64,000 nt of DNA, taken from assembly GCF_006345805.1 (NCBI RefSeq), contig NC_043018.1, positions 4,588,001 to 4,652,000 of the forward strand. Reading direction: 5' to 3'. The DNA is from Octopus sinensis. Lineage: Eukaryota. How positions within the stretch are numbered: position 1 is the first letter of the stretch; each line of letters begins with the position of its first letter. The notes under the pieces were generated by a model, which did not search any database, was not told the origin of the DNA, and worked only from the letters and a program-made list of their open reading frames with translations. Positions 49,975 through 61,704 of this stretch are shown here, in pieces. Position numbers and translations under genes: made by a program.

Positions 49975-51389
49975 CACAAGGATTAAAGGCAATTGACAGA
50001 ACAACGCTGCTGGGAAAATTCAAGTGTTGGATACTGCAATTTGGGCTGTACCCAAGAATAATGTGGCCATTGCAAATGTACGAAATAGCCTCGAGTAGAG
50101 TAGAAAGGATGGAACAAAGATGCAGTGTGTTTATCAGAAAATGGCTTGGTCTGCCAAAACCACTGAATACAACTGCACTATATGGAAAACCTGTGCTGCA
50201 ACTACCAATAATATCAATCACCGAAGAATATAAGGCAGGAAAGGCAAGGACAGAAATGATGCTAAGGTATTCAAAAGATCAGAGTATCTGGGAAAACCCT
50301 TCAAAGGTACGATCAGGGAGGAAATGGAAGGCGGAAGAGGCAGTGAACAGGGCGATCAGAAAACTAAAGCACGCAGGTATAGTCGGAGCGACGCAAGAAG
50401 CTAGAACCGGCCTAGGGTCACAAAATTTCAGGCCATTTTGCAAGAGCAGTGTAAAAGAGATGAAAGAGGCAGTGGTATACGAAGTGAGAAAGGAGGAAGA
50501 AGAAAGGCGAAATGTACATTTGGTGCAATGCAGTCAACAGGGACAGTGCCTGAGATGGGAGGAATATGTGATCAACCGCAGAATATCATGGAAGGAACTT
50601 TGGGCTTGGGAACAAGCAAGAACATCCTTCCTGATCAAGTCTACCTTCGACGTTCTACCCTCACCGGCGAACTTAGTCTGGTGGAACATAAACAAAACCG
50701 ATGAGTGTAGATGCGGAGAGAAAGCAACGGTTAGACATGTTCTGTCAGGTTGCAGACTAGCACTAGAATGATATACATGGCGGCATAATCAAGTCCTCGG
50801 CATCATAAGTGCAGCACTCAAGGAGAAGATCGAGAGGTACAATAGGGGAGAGTACCCAAAAGTAGAAAAGCGCAGGAAAGTATACTTCCACAAGGAGAGA
50901 AAAGGTTATAAAACCAGGCCTACAAGTAAAGTATACGAGATAGACAAAAGATGGGAAGGATACTGGGAGGTGGCCACGAACTTGGAAAGACAAGTAATAT
51001 TTCCACTAATAAAAACAACAAAAAGACCGGATTTAGTCCTATGGAACAGAGACTGGAGAATGGGAATTTTACTAGAACTGACAGTACCTTGGGGAGAGAA
51101 CATCGGCAATGCAGAGGAATGAAAGGAGAAGAGGTATGGAAAGCTAATCGAAGAATGCAGAGAACAGGGATGGAATGTCGAATATTATCACCTGGCAGTG
51201 GGGGCTAGAGGCTTCATTGAAAGGAAAATGACAACGCTTTTCAAAAGAAGATTTGTTTTTTCTAGCCCCGAGCTGCGTAAACTAATAAGGAGAGTACAGG
51301 AGGCAGTTGAAAAAGCCAGCTTCTATATATGGCTGAAGCGGGAAGACCGAAAATGGCTTGAAAGTCTTAAACATGCTGACGGGAAATAA
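49975..51389 (+). mobile_element. 5'-truncated Hero-clade RLE non-LTR retrotransposon
   Basis: GKFKCWILQFGLYPRIMWPLQMYE...RKWLGLP...LYG...RSGRKWKAEEAV...FLIKSTFDVLPSPANL..W...CRCGEKATVRHVLSGC...YTWRHNQVL...RPDLVLW...ELTVPW...AVGARGF. Few stops or frameshifts. Confidence 0.85.
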
Positions 51390-52568
51390 CATCATTAGGT
51401 GAGACGAGCTGACTGAATCAGCTTCGCTGACTGACAGGTAACGTCGTTTAGAAAAAGCGCGGGCTAAAACTATGCGCCTTCACTAGTCAGTTAAGGTGAG
51501 TCAGTGTCACGTGACAACTTGCTGGGGCCTATGCAGCAGGTATTTAAAGAGAGAAATTTGACAAGACAGTCAGTCACCGGCTGACACTTGCTGACGATAC
51601 ATTGAAGAGGCGAGGGAACAGAAGAAAGAAGACATGCACCCAACACCAGAGCTGAAGACACCTCCGAAAGTTGGGGCCCCGCCACGTCAAAACGGTAGAG
51701 GAGTAGGGGCCGAAACCGGACGTGGTTCCTCCTGATGATGTATTGAGCTAACTGGATCCTATAAAGGAGCTGTTGTGGTAGCAGACCACGAAACACAGTT
51801 GTAATTCCTTCCTACTCATAAAACCTCGGTTTTTTGGTTGGCCTAGGGTTATAGAAGATATTTGTCCCAGGTGCTGTATAATGGGACTGAACCTGGCTCC
51901 ATGCAGTTGGGAAGCAAACTCCTCAACAATACAGCCACTTTTGCACTCGTCAAGCAAAATTTGATTCTATCTTTTATCTTTCACTTGTTTCAGTCATTGG
52001 ACAGCGACCCTGCTGGAGCACGGCCTTGAAGAATTTTTAGTTGAGTGAATGAATCGACCCATTACTTATTTCTTTGTTAAGCCTGGCACTTATTCTATCA
52101 GACTCTTTTGCTGAACCACTAAGTTATGGGGATGTGAACACAGCAACACTAGTTGTCAAAGGGCAATAGGACACACATGGCAGGCTTCTTTCAGTTTCCA
52201 TCTACCAAATCCACTCACTAGGTTTTGGTCAGCCCGAAGCTATAGCAGAAGACACTTGCACAAGGTGTCACACAGTGGGACTGAACCTGGAACCATGCAG
52301 TTGGGAAGTGAGCTTCTTACCACACAGCCATACCCGCACACTCTTTACAAATTGATTCTACTTCAGCAAAATTTTTACTTTAACCCTTTAATATTCAGAT
52401 TACGGGATCAAATGTTCTGTTTGTTTATTCACATTGTCTTGAATTTATAAGGCATTATCTTGTAGCATTGAGATTTCAATAACATTTAGCTTTATAGAAC
52501 AGCATTGTAGGATGGATGTGAGAGGTTGAATCTACTCAATTTGAATGTAAAGCAAGTAGAGTTGTGGA

Positions 52569-52785
52569 AAGGTGATGAGCTGGCAGAATCGTTAGCATGC
52601 CGGGCGGAGTGCTTAGCGGTATTTCGTCTGCCGCTACGTTCTGAGTTCAAATTCCACCGAGGTCGACTTTGCCTTTCATCCTTTCGGGGTCGATTAAATA
52701 AGTACCAGTTACTGGGGTTGATATAATCGACTTAATCCGTTTGTCTGTCCTTGTTTCTCCTCTTGTGGGTAGTAAAGAAATAGGT
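52569..52785 (+). mobile_element. tRNA-derived SINE family A (best-preserved copy)
   Basis: A-box-like AGCTGGCAGAATCG, B-box GAGTTCAAATTCC and core GCCTTTCATCCTTTCGGGGTCGAT..AAGTACCAG, reminiscent of the Nin/Deu domain. Other copies at ~5735-5950(-), 7037-7200(-), 16612-16820(-), 18527-18700(+), 35275-35450(-), 38187-38330(+), 46425-46630(+), 54320-54700(-, two copies) and 56990-57180(-). Confidence 0.85.
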
Positions 52786-53190
52786 AGAGCAGCTGGTTCC
52801 AATGCTAAAAGGTCAAATATTTGAGATTCACTTTTATCTAAATTTCAGTTTTAACACAAGAACTGTGTTAATTTGTCATGAGACAAATGAACATAGAGAG
52901 GACATTTTAGTTTCGAAGGAGGACACGGAAATCTCTCAAGCGCTGGTGGCATGGTAAAATCTACCCAGTACAAAATGTACCCATTACAAAGTGTACCTCG
53001 TACGAAATGTACCTAGTACACTTTGTAAAGTGCTTGGTATTGAGACAGACATCCATTTGCAGAAACTCCATCATACACGGAATGTAAAAGTGAGATGTGA
53101 GCATCCAACAGGTCGAGATGGCCAGGATCATCATTATGACGCCACTAACCCATGCTTGAGTAGAAAGCAGACATAAGATGACAATGATGA

Positions 53191-53224
<34 letters not shown>

Positions 53225-54025
53225 GCTTGTCATGATAATGAAGAGGAGGGAGCAGGACAACCATAACCAAGAGGACAATAACGATTATAAGGTAAATAAC
53301 CTGATGCTAGCCTTCCTAATCTCTTCTTTAATTAATCAAATTATCGTTCCTTATCATTAACACTATCACATAACCCAAGAGTCATTCGATTCCGTTCCAA
53401 GCAATATTTCTCGTAATAATCTTGCACCGTCTGTCGACCATAGTTACCTCCCTTTACAAACGGGTCCCATTTTTTTTTGTTCTTGTTTATTTTTCGTGTT
53501 CTTTCCTCTTGAGATGGATATGAAGAAGTTTCTACGAAACAGATTCACAAATTTATCTCTTAGTTCGAAAAGAAAATTATGGATTAATGTCACAGACTTG
53601 GCTGTGTGGTTGAGAAGTTTGCTTCCGAATGATGTGGTCTCAGGTTCAGTGCCAAAGTTATCTTCAACAAAGGTCATGGGTTGACCAAAGCAGATGGAAA
53701 ATGAAAGCCCATTTGTTTCATCATCATCATCATCGTCACATCTGAGGCAGATTTTTCTACAGCTGGATGCCCTTCCTGGTGCTAACCTTTGTGTGAGGGG
53801 AGGGTGTATACTCTTGCCTTGACATCACAAGATCTTTATCATTTATATTTTACTTGTTTCAGTCATTAGACTGACATTTTTAGTCGAATGAATCGACCCC
53901 AGTACTTATTTTTAAGTCTGGTATATATTCTATCAGTCCTTTTCGCTGAACTGCTAAGTTATGGGAACATATACCCACCAACACCAGTAGGGGACAAACA
54001 CACAGAGCAAAACGTTTCCACTTAC

Positions 54026-54208
54026 TTCCATACCGAATCGTGTGTCAGGTTTGTCTGAACCAAAACATTTCAAGGCTTGGTGGTGGGACATACGAGGAAA
54101 CGGTGTGCAGAGTTTCTGTTGTTTGGAATCAGGCGAGGAAGCTGCCAACATGTCTTCTGTGAGAGAAAGAATACCATCCATGTCGACAAAAGACATTTCT
54201 AAATCAAC
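54026..54208 (-). CDS. DARS2: DARS2 exon
   Basis: aatgcag|GTT...GAA|GTAAGT; 183 nt; VDLEMSFVD...PFPRMSHHQALKCFGSDKPDTRFGME. Confidence 0.94.
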
Positions 54209-54960
54209 CTGCATTAAATAAGAAATTGGAAAAAGTTCAATTAACAAAGTCACATTTATTTTTTTGTTTTTATTCAGACACTTTTGTTTCTCAGTATTGA
54301 TCGCTTTTTATTGTTTTCAAGTTTTGGCACAAGGCCAGCCATTTCGGGGGAGTGGGGGGGGGGGTAAGTTGATTACATTGACCCCAGTATTTCACTGAAT
54401 GAAAGGCAAAGCTGACCTCAGTGGAATTTGAACTCAGAATGTTATGACAAACCAAATGCCACGAAGCATTTTGTCAGCTCACTGCCTTCCTAATAATAAT
54501 GGTTTCAAGTTTTGGCACAGGGGCATGGGGCGGGGGAATTTATTCCATCGCCCCCCCCCCCCCCTCAACTGGTGCTCATTTTATTGATGCCGAATGGTTG
54601 AAAGGCAGAGTTAACCATGCCGGAATTTGAACTCAGAACATAAAGGCAGATGAAATACCACTAATCATTTCTCCCAGAGTGCTAACGAGTCTGCCAGCTC
54701 ACCAACATAGATCTTCATACAGGGTGAGGTGGAATGAGGTGGGGTGGGGGGTGAGGTCTGTTTTAGTGTTTATCCCAATTAGGGATAAACTTAACTTTAT
54801 TTTATCTATGTGGGGATCGGTAGGGCAAAACATCAAATATTGTGAGGCCTTGTGCGGTTTTATTTCTCTGACAATTTACCAAATCTACCTCTGCACAAAA
54901 AGTAATAAAAACAAGGTAAAAGGCAGAAAATAGAAGATGAATGGTGAGGGTTAAAATTAC

Positions 54961-55065
54961 CTGAGTGAATTCTGGTTGACGATCTGGTTTAGCACCTTCA
55001 TCTCTGAAACATTTTGCAATTTGAAAATACCTGTCAAGGCCACCAGCCATCAGCAACTGCTTGAA
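54961..55065 (-). CDS. DARS2: DARS2 exon (class II motif 2)
   Basis: ctgtaacag|TTC...CAG|GTAATT; 105 nt; [35 protein letters not shown]. Confidence 0.95.
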
Positions 55066-56076
55066 CTGTTACAGAAACCAAAAAATGGAAGACTGAGTCA
55101 GAGGTGGTTGTTGAGGTTCCCACCCTCTCTCCGCCAAGGGTAGCTCTGGTTGAGCAGACTCATAATAAGCAGATAATCAACCGTCTCTACCCACACTTTC
55201 TTCTCTACCTTTACCCTCTTCTTCACCCTCATCTCCCTCTCCAAATGGGGGTAGAATAATTGAAATAGTAGAAGTGCCAGGCTGGAAGCCTAGCAACATT
55301 TAATTGGTCTCTTTGCATTTTGAATTCGTCTTTGCAAGATCCCTGAAATAACTACTAGGTATGTACGGGTCCTTAAAATAGATGTTTTTGGCTCAGATGG
55401 TTAGGTTCCAAGGAATTCCAAGTTTTTATGATTAAAATTTCTGGAGTTCTGTGAAATAAGGTATTTTAACAAAATTCAATAAAAATTTATTTTACAAATA
55501 AGAACAGGATTCACTAAAGTAAGGTGCTTTGCTCAAGGACACAACATAGTATCTGGTTTTGAACTCATGTTCAAATGATTGGGAGGCAAACAAGCCTAAC
55601 CGCTAAGCCACCCATTTCCCTGGCATTCACCACATTCAAAATAATGAGTTGTGATTGGTTTCTATGGAGGAGGTGGGTCAGGTACGAAAGTTGGGGATGA
55701 CAACTACTGCAGTATTTAGACCATGTTATCAAGGGTCACAACCTCTGTGCCTACATCCTCAGGGGTTGGGTGGATGAAAATAGGTTCACGTGTCACAAAG
55801 ATGAAGATGAAGGCAACGACTGGTAGAGAAGAATCTGGAAAGTATGACTGCAACAGGAGGCTACAATGTGTGGCAAGGAGTAGTGTTTCTGTCTGAAACC
55901 CAGGAGTGAATCTTGGTGGAGTGTACAAGGCTGAAGTTTATGGCAAAGAGTGTGGGGGAGGTGGTTTCTTTCTGAAGCCCTTGACCATTTGCCATCAGAA
56001 TGAACATAATCAATCAATATGTTTTTATATTAATGTTTGTTTTTATGTTCAGTTATAATAAAAACAATCTTTCATT

Positions 56077-56277
56077 AAAAACCGTTGGATTCACTTCAAC
56101 ATTTAAATTTTAATTTTCCAAAATATTTTCAGCGCTTTGAGACCGTGACCTGTTCACTGACAAAATTCTGTGCTGCATCAGCACGGAATTTTGTCAGTGA
56201 ACAGGTCACGGTCTCAAAGCGATGAAAATATTTTGGAAAATTAAAATTTAAATGTTGAAGTGAATCCAACGGTTTTT
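56077..56277. repeat. Near-perfect inverted repeat: 99-bp arms, 3-nt loop (CAT)
   Basis: 56077-56175 versus the reverse complement of 56179-56277 shows only 2 mismatches. Confidence 0.96.
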
Positions 56278-57902
56278 GTGTGTTTCTTAAATTTTACATT
56301 AATCTGATGGCTTACTCTGTACTTTTGTAGAGTACAAATTTATTATTCTTATACAAGAATGTTGTTGACAGTGACTTCGAAGTCTTGGCCATCAGACTGC
56401 TACATATACTTTTATGAGAATATATTCTAAATTTTTGTTTCATTTAAAATTTATTTAAATTTAAATTATTAGCAGGAGTTGTCCCTAAAATATGGGTGTG
56501 AGTTGTGTAATTTTAAGGGAATTCATATAAGAAGTCCACGAGAAGATTAAATTTGCTTGGGTCAGGGTCTTGCACTCAGAATGGTTAGGGACAGGATATC
56601 AAAGGTAGCATTAAGACTGACATTTCTTACTACATACTGGTCCCATACCACAGCCATGCACTCTACCAGGATCCTCCCCATACAGTCCCAGATGTCATCA
56701 CTCCATTTTTGTCTTTGATGATACTGAGTCCATTTTCCATCCACCCAGTCCAGAGTGGATGCATTTTCACTGTCTGACCGTCATCACCAACTTTTATTCT
56801 GCACTCATTACCAGAACAAACAGCCTGGGCAGTAAAAGAACAAATGGAATAGAACAGTTAAAGGTAAGCTAACAGAAATGGATCTTACTTTGATGCAAAG
56901 AACAGAAAGTTGCTAAATGTCAGTTTGAATGGCACCAAAACATTGAAATCTTATTTCCTAATTGGGAAGAAGAGGATTAAATAACAATCCTTTCTACAAT
57001 AGTCACAAGGCCTGAAATTTTGGAGGGAGGGGGGGGTTATGTCGATTACATTGATGCCAGTGCTCAACTGGTACTTATTATATTGAGCTCAGTGGGATTT
57101 GAACTCAGAACATAGAGACAGAAGAAAAGCTGCTAAGCACTTCAGCCAATGCGGTAACAATTCTACGAGTTCACTGCCTTGAAGGATTAGATAATAATAA
57201 TAAAACATACAGGGGATTAGTTCAGATTACTATACCCACTCACCGCACAAACTTTTGAACCTGTGCCAATACTAAAGAAGCGTTGACACAATGATTAATA
57301 TTGGTTCCTGGCTACCCAAGGAGTTAAAGGATGCTGAATTATTTGTGAACAAAATCTGGAAGAGCACAGCAGCAATTTATCCTTTTAGCATTCAGCTTAT
57401 TCTGTCGATATGTAAGGCTTATTTAACTCACATTGTTTTGAATTAATCCTGTATTGTCTTGTAGCAATGAGATTTTGATGATGTGATTGAGTAGTTTTTG
57501 AATGATATTGAAGGATAGGTGTGAAAGGCTGGATCTGGCTGGGTTCAACATAAAACAGGTAAAATATTTGGGTCAGATATGGCTAGTTTAAATGCTAAAG
57601 GGTTATGGCTAAACCCCACTAGTTCCCAGCTAATTATCAATGCAATAACAAACACATATTTCCCATTAAATAGTCTGACTATATCAATATAATAAGACTG
57701 AATTTTCAATGTTCTTTACTTTATCGATTTTGTTAAGTATTTTGATTAAATTTCTTTAAATGTTTCTTATGAAGAACAAAGGAATTCAACTTGTTAATTT
57801 GGTTTCAGAAATTTACCTGATGCTGTTGATCCATGATTGCCAGAATAAATGAAAGACAGAAGAACTTTGCCAACCCCTGTTTATAAACAAAGAATACTTT
57901 AC

Positions 57903-57974
57903 CTGTTGTGGTGACTGTGGAAGACTGTAAAACTTCCCTGGGGTATGGGTGGGAACAATGAATTCTTTGGCACC
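57903..57974 (-). CDS. DARS2: DARS2 exon
   Basis: tttctgtttcag|GGT...CAG|GTAAAG; 72 nt; [24 protein letters not shown]. Confidence 0.93.
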
Positions 57975-58744
57975 CTGAAACAGAAAATAATTCCATTAAA
58001 ATTAACTTGATAGCTATTTAATATTCATTTATTTATTCTATTACCATATTTGGTAGACAAGAGCATTTGTGGTCAGCCGGTTGGATGGCTAGCTGGTTGG
58101 TCAGTTATGGTTTTTTTTCAACAGGCTAATTACTGGTTCACTGCATTTCTGGTGACAAGGCAGTGGCTATAACTTGATGCAGAACAAATATTTCAAGAGA
58201 CTTCGTTCATAAAACATCACCAAAAGATATATGCACTCACACACACACACATATATGTCATGGTCTCTTAACTCCTTGATGAAGTTGTAGGGGTGCTGTT
58301 GTAACAGATGGTGTGTGTTGGGTATCTTACACTTGGCAGAGGTGAAACCACAAATGATTTCATCCAGAAGGTGAGAAAGAGACAGTCTGGTTGCTTTTAA
58401 ATAAAAGGTCCAGTGACCCCGTTGAAGCTTTACAGGTCACTAATTTGATTCCAGAACAGATGTGAGATACATGTATGTGAGTATATGTATAATGCTCTGG
58501 TTAGCATTGCTTTCTGAGGTTCTGCAGGAGATTACTAATCTAATGTTTCACCACAACCTTTGCGATTGTCTGACTTATTTCAAAACTTCTTTTTCTGTAT
58601 GCTGTCAGTAAAAGACTCTTTGTCTAGCATTGTTTGTCAACTTGTGGTTTTAACCCTCAGAATAAAGCAAAGCATTGAAGTCAATGTCTGGTGACGAGCA
58701 ACACCACACACTAAAGCTGACACAAGGCAAACAACACAACTTAC

Positions 58745-58791
58745 CCCTGGTGTCCTTCGAAATAAAACTGGTGTCTCAACATCAACAAAAT
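58745..58791 (-). CDS. DARS2: DARS2 exon (class II motif 1 end)
   Basis: cttttgtag|AT...GGG|GTAAG; 47 nt; (D)FVDVETPVLFRRTPG. Not in the ORF track; found by reading the sequence. Confidence 0.92.
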
Positions 58792-60012
58792 CTACAAAAG
58801 AATGAAAAAAAATAACTCAAACAACAAACATCATCATTCTTTATCGGTGTTTGTGTGTGTGTTTTAATATGATCACTAATTAATTTAATAACATTGACAA
58901 TGACTTAGCAATGGAGTGTCATTAATCACATACTTGAGTTGTTAAAAAAGGTGACTGTTTAAAACTACACTGGATTATATAGTATTAGAAACAGATTGCC
59001 TGGAAAAAAAAGACAGGATGGGCATGGTTGGAGTGCTTTGCTCAACCAGAGCCTACATGGAGTTAAGCAACAACAGCAACCTTTATAAAATAGGGCAGTT
59101 GCCCTGAGTGCATAAGAAGCTTGCTTCCCATGGTCTCAGGTTCAATCTTACTGTGTGGCACCTTGAGCAAGTATCTTCTATTATAGCCTTGGGATGAGCA
59201 AAGCCTTGTGAGTGGATTTGGCAGACAGAAACTGAAAGAAGCCCATCGCATATATATCTAAGTGTGTGTGTCTTTGTGTCTGTGATTGCCCCTCACCACC
59301 ACTTGACAACCAGTGCTGGTGTGTTTACATCCCCATAACTTAGCAGTTTGGCATAAGAGACCAATAGGATGAGTACCAGGCTTTAAAAAAAAGTACTGGG
59401 GTCGATTCATTTGACTAAAAATTCTTTAAGGCAGTACTGCTCCAGCATGGCCGCAGTCAAATGACTGAAACAAGTAAAAGAAAAAAAATAGAAGAAAAAG
59501 TGATAGTAATAAAAAAAAAAAAAAGCACACCCTTGCCTGCAACACCTACCTTACGCAGAACATTGGCAATGCATGGTATGTCCCCAGGCCATCTACACCA
59601 GGGCTGGGGAACACACAATCTACTTAAGGGATGAGTGAGGTCTGATGAAAGAAGTGCAACATTTCAGGAAAAACCAGTTCAATGGAATACATTTTTATTG
59701 ATTTAATTATATTAAAAACCCATCATTTTAACTAAATGTGGATTTTATTTCTATTTCTTGATCTAAAATTGTAATTATTTGTTTCAAGTAATAAAAATTG
59801 TGTTCAAAACAGAAATTTGAAGAAATTTTCATAAAATTAAAAGAAAACTTCCAGTTGGGATATTTCTTCCAAAAAACCACTTTTCTTTACAACTTGTTAA
59901 TTTTTTTTAGAAATAATTAAGTAAATTGATTGTGTAAGGTAAATTTAATGTGATATTCATTCAAAGATAAACTCTTATTGACATGCAGTGCTTAGCAACA
60001 CAATATATAGGT

Positions 60013-60395
60013 GCAGGCATGGCTGTGTGGTAAGAAGCTTGCTTCCCAACAACATGGCTTCAGGTTCCATCCTACTGCATGGTACCTTGGTCTTCTATAA
60101 ACTCTATAGCCTTTCTATAGACCAAGGCCTTGTGAGTGGATTTGGTAGATGGAAACTGAAAGAAGCCCATTGTATACATGTGTGTGTTTGTGTGTCCCAC
60201 CACTGCTTGACAACTGGTGTTGATGTGTTTATGTTCCTGTAACTTAGCAGTTTGGCAAAAGAAACTAACAGAATAAGTACCAGGTTACAAAAAAAAAAAC
60301 AAATGGTTACTGGGGTCAATTCATTTGACTAAAAGTTTTCCAAGGCAGTGCCCCAGCATGGCCGCAGTCTCATGACTGAAACAATTAAAAGATAA
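60013..60395 (+). mobile_element. tRNA-derived SINE family B (representative copy)
   Basis: Head GCAGGCATGGCTGTGTGGTAAGAAGCTTGCTTCCCAAC, central (TG)n and tail CAGCATGGCCGCAGTC..TGACTGAAAC. Other copies at ~17415-17820(-), 28910-29160(+), 31981-32240(+), 34797-35165(+), 44595-44990(-), 51975-52335(-) and 59085-59480(+). Confidence 0.85.
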
Positions 60396-60913
60396 AAAGG
60401 GTAGATGAGAGAGAGAGAGAGAGAGAGAGGAAGCTCATCCTAGTAGCAGCAAGTGAGAATGCTAGATGTGCATTTCTGCCTCATTAGACTTTGTCAGTAG
60501 CATGTACTCACTGCCAACATCATGCTGAAATGAAATTTGTCTCCACCAATGTAGGAAAACAGTGAATAAACAATCACTGGTGTTACAAATAGTTGCCTGG
60601 CTGAATAAACATCTATTATATGTGACAGAAACAGTATTAGATTGAAATAGCCATCTGTGTATCATACTTAATGTAAATACATCACAAAAAGTAAATTTGT
60701 TGAGCTGGTTTTGCTGTATAAAATTACATGTAAAATGTGGCAATTAACTTCAATGTGGCTCTCCAACAGAAAAAGGTTTCCCATCTAATGTTTTGTCAAA
60801 AGAGGAGGGCCACCGCCCATGAATACCTTTGATAAAACAATTCGTTGATATGAGACTAAACAACAAATTGACAACTGAAACACTGCACCATTTTAAACAA
60901 AATAAGAGTTTAC

Positions 60914-61037
60914 CATGTTTATTGCAGAGAAATTCCCGAATTTTCATTGTCGTTGCCGATCGCAGTCGGAGATTGTGTTGCATTCTTTCAGTGCGTATGT
61001 CTATATACCTGTATTCCATACGAAGTGATTCTTTCAC
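60914..61037 (-). CDS. DARS2: Mitochondrial aspartyl-tRNA synthetase, first exon found in the window
   Basis: ccaatcag|GTG...CAT G|GTAAA; 124 nt; VKESLRMEYRYIDIRTERMQHNLRLRSATTMKIREFLCNKH (AspRS 'LRL.YRY.DLR...MQ.NLRLRS' segment). Confidence 0.93.
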
Positions 61038-61333
61038 CTGATTGGAAACAGGAGAGGGAGAAAGACTTAGAGAGATATACAATGAAAAGATGGTAGGTGG
61101 ATAGAGAGCGTAAGGGGGGAGTACAGGTTATCACTTGGTTGGAAACAGAAGATGAAGAGAGACTTATAGGAGATACACATAGGCAAGTAGGTAGGTTGCT
61201 AGATGCATGGACAGGTAAAGAGAGAAGGGGTGGAGAGATAGATAAATAAGTAGACAAACAGACAGACTGCTAGACAGACATTCTTTCACTATTTTAGAGA
61301 CAATGGATAACATTTGAGTGTGAATGTGAGAGA

Positions 61334-61472
61334 GAAGGAGAGGAAGAGAGAAGGAGAGGAAGAGAGAAGAAGAGGAAGAGAGAAGGAGAGGAAGAGAGAA
61401 GGAGAGGAAGAGAGAAGGAGAGGAAGAGAGAAGGAGAGGAAGAGAGGAGAGGAAGAGAGAAGGAGAGGAAGA
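61334..61472. repeat. Purine-rich minisatellite, ~16-bp unit GGAGAGGAAGAGAGAA
   Basis: About 8-9 tandem units, all purine on the plus strand. Confidence 0.9.
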
Positions 61473-61704
61473 TAAATAGGCAGAGACAAACCGAAAGACA
61501 GATGGACAAAGAGTGGAAACAACTGGATGGCTTCTTTGTAAGCTATGGTCTTTTAGGGGTCATCCAGACAGGACCCATTTGCAACTCTCCAGCTTGCTGG
61601 CTCTGATTAAACCGTCCAAGCCATACCAGTATGGACAACGGATGTTAAATGATTATGATGATGATGATATATGTGTGCATAAACACACACACACAGACAC
61701 ACAC

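Noticed and set aside
51646-51735. CTGAAGA ... GAAAC motifs suggesting a hammerhead 3' of the Hero element
   Set aside because: The base of stem II (C/C) and position 15.2/16.2 of stem III (C/T) do not pair, so the fold cannot be completed.
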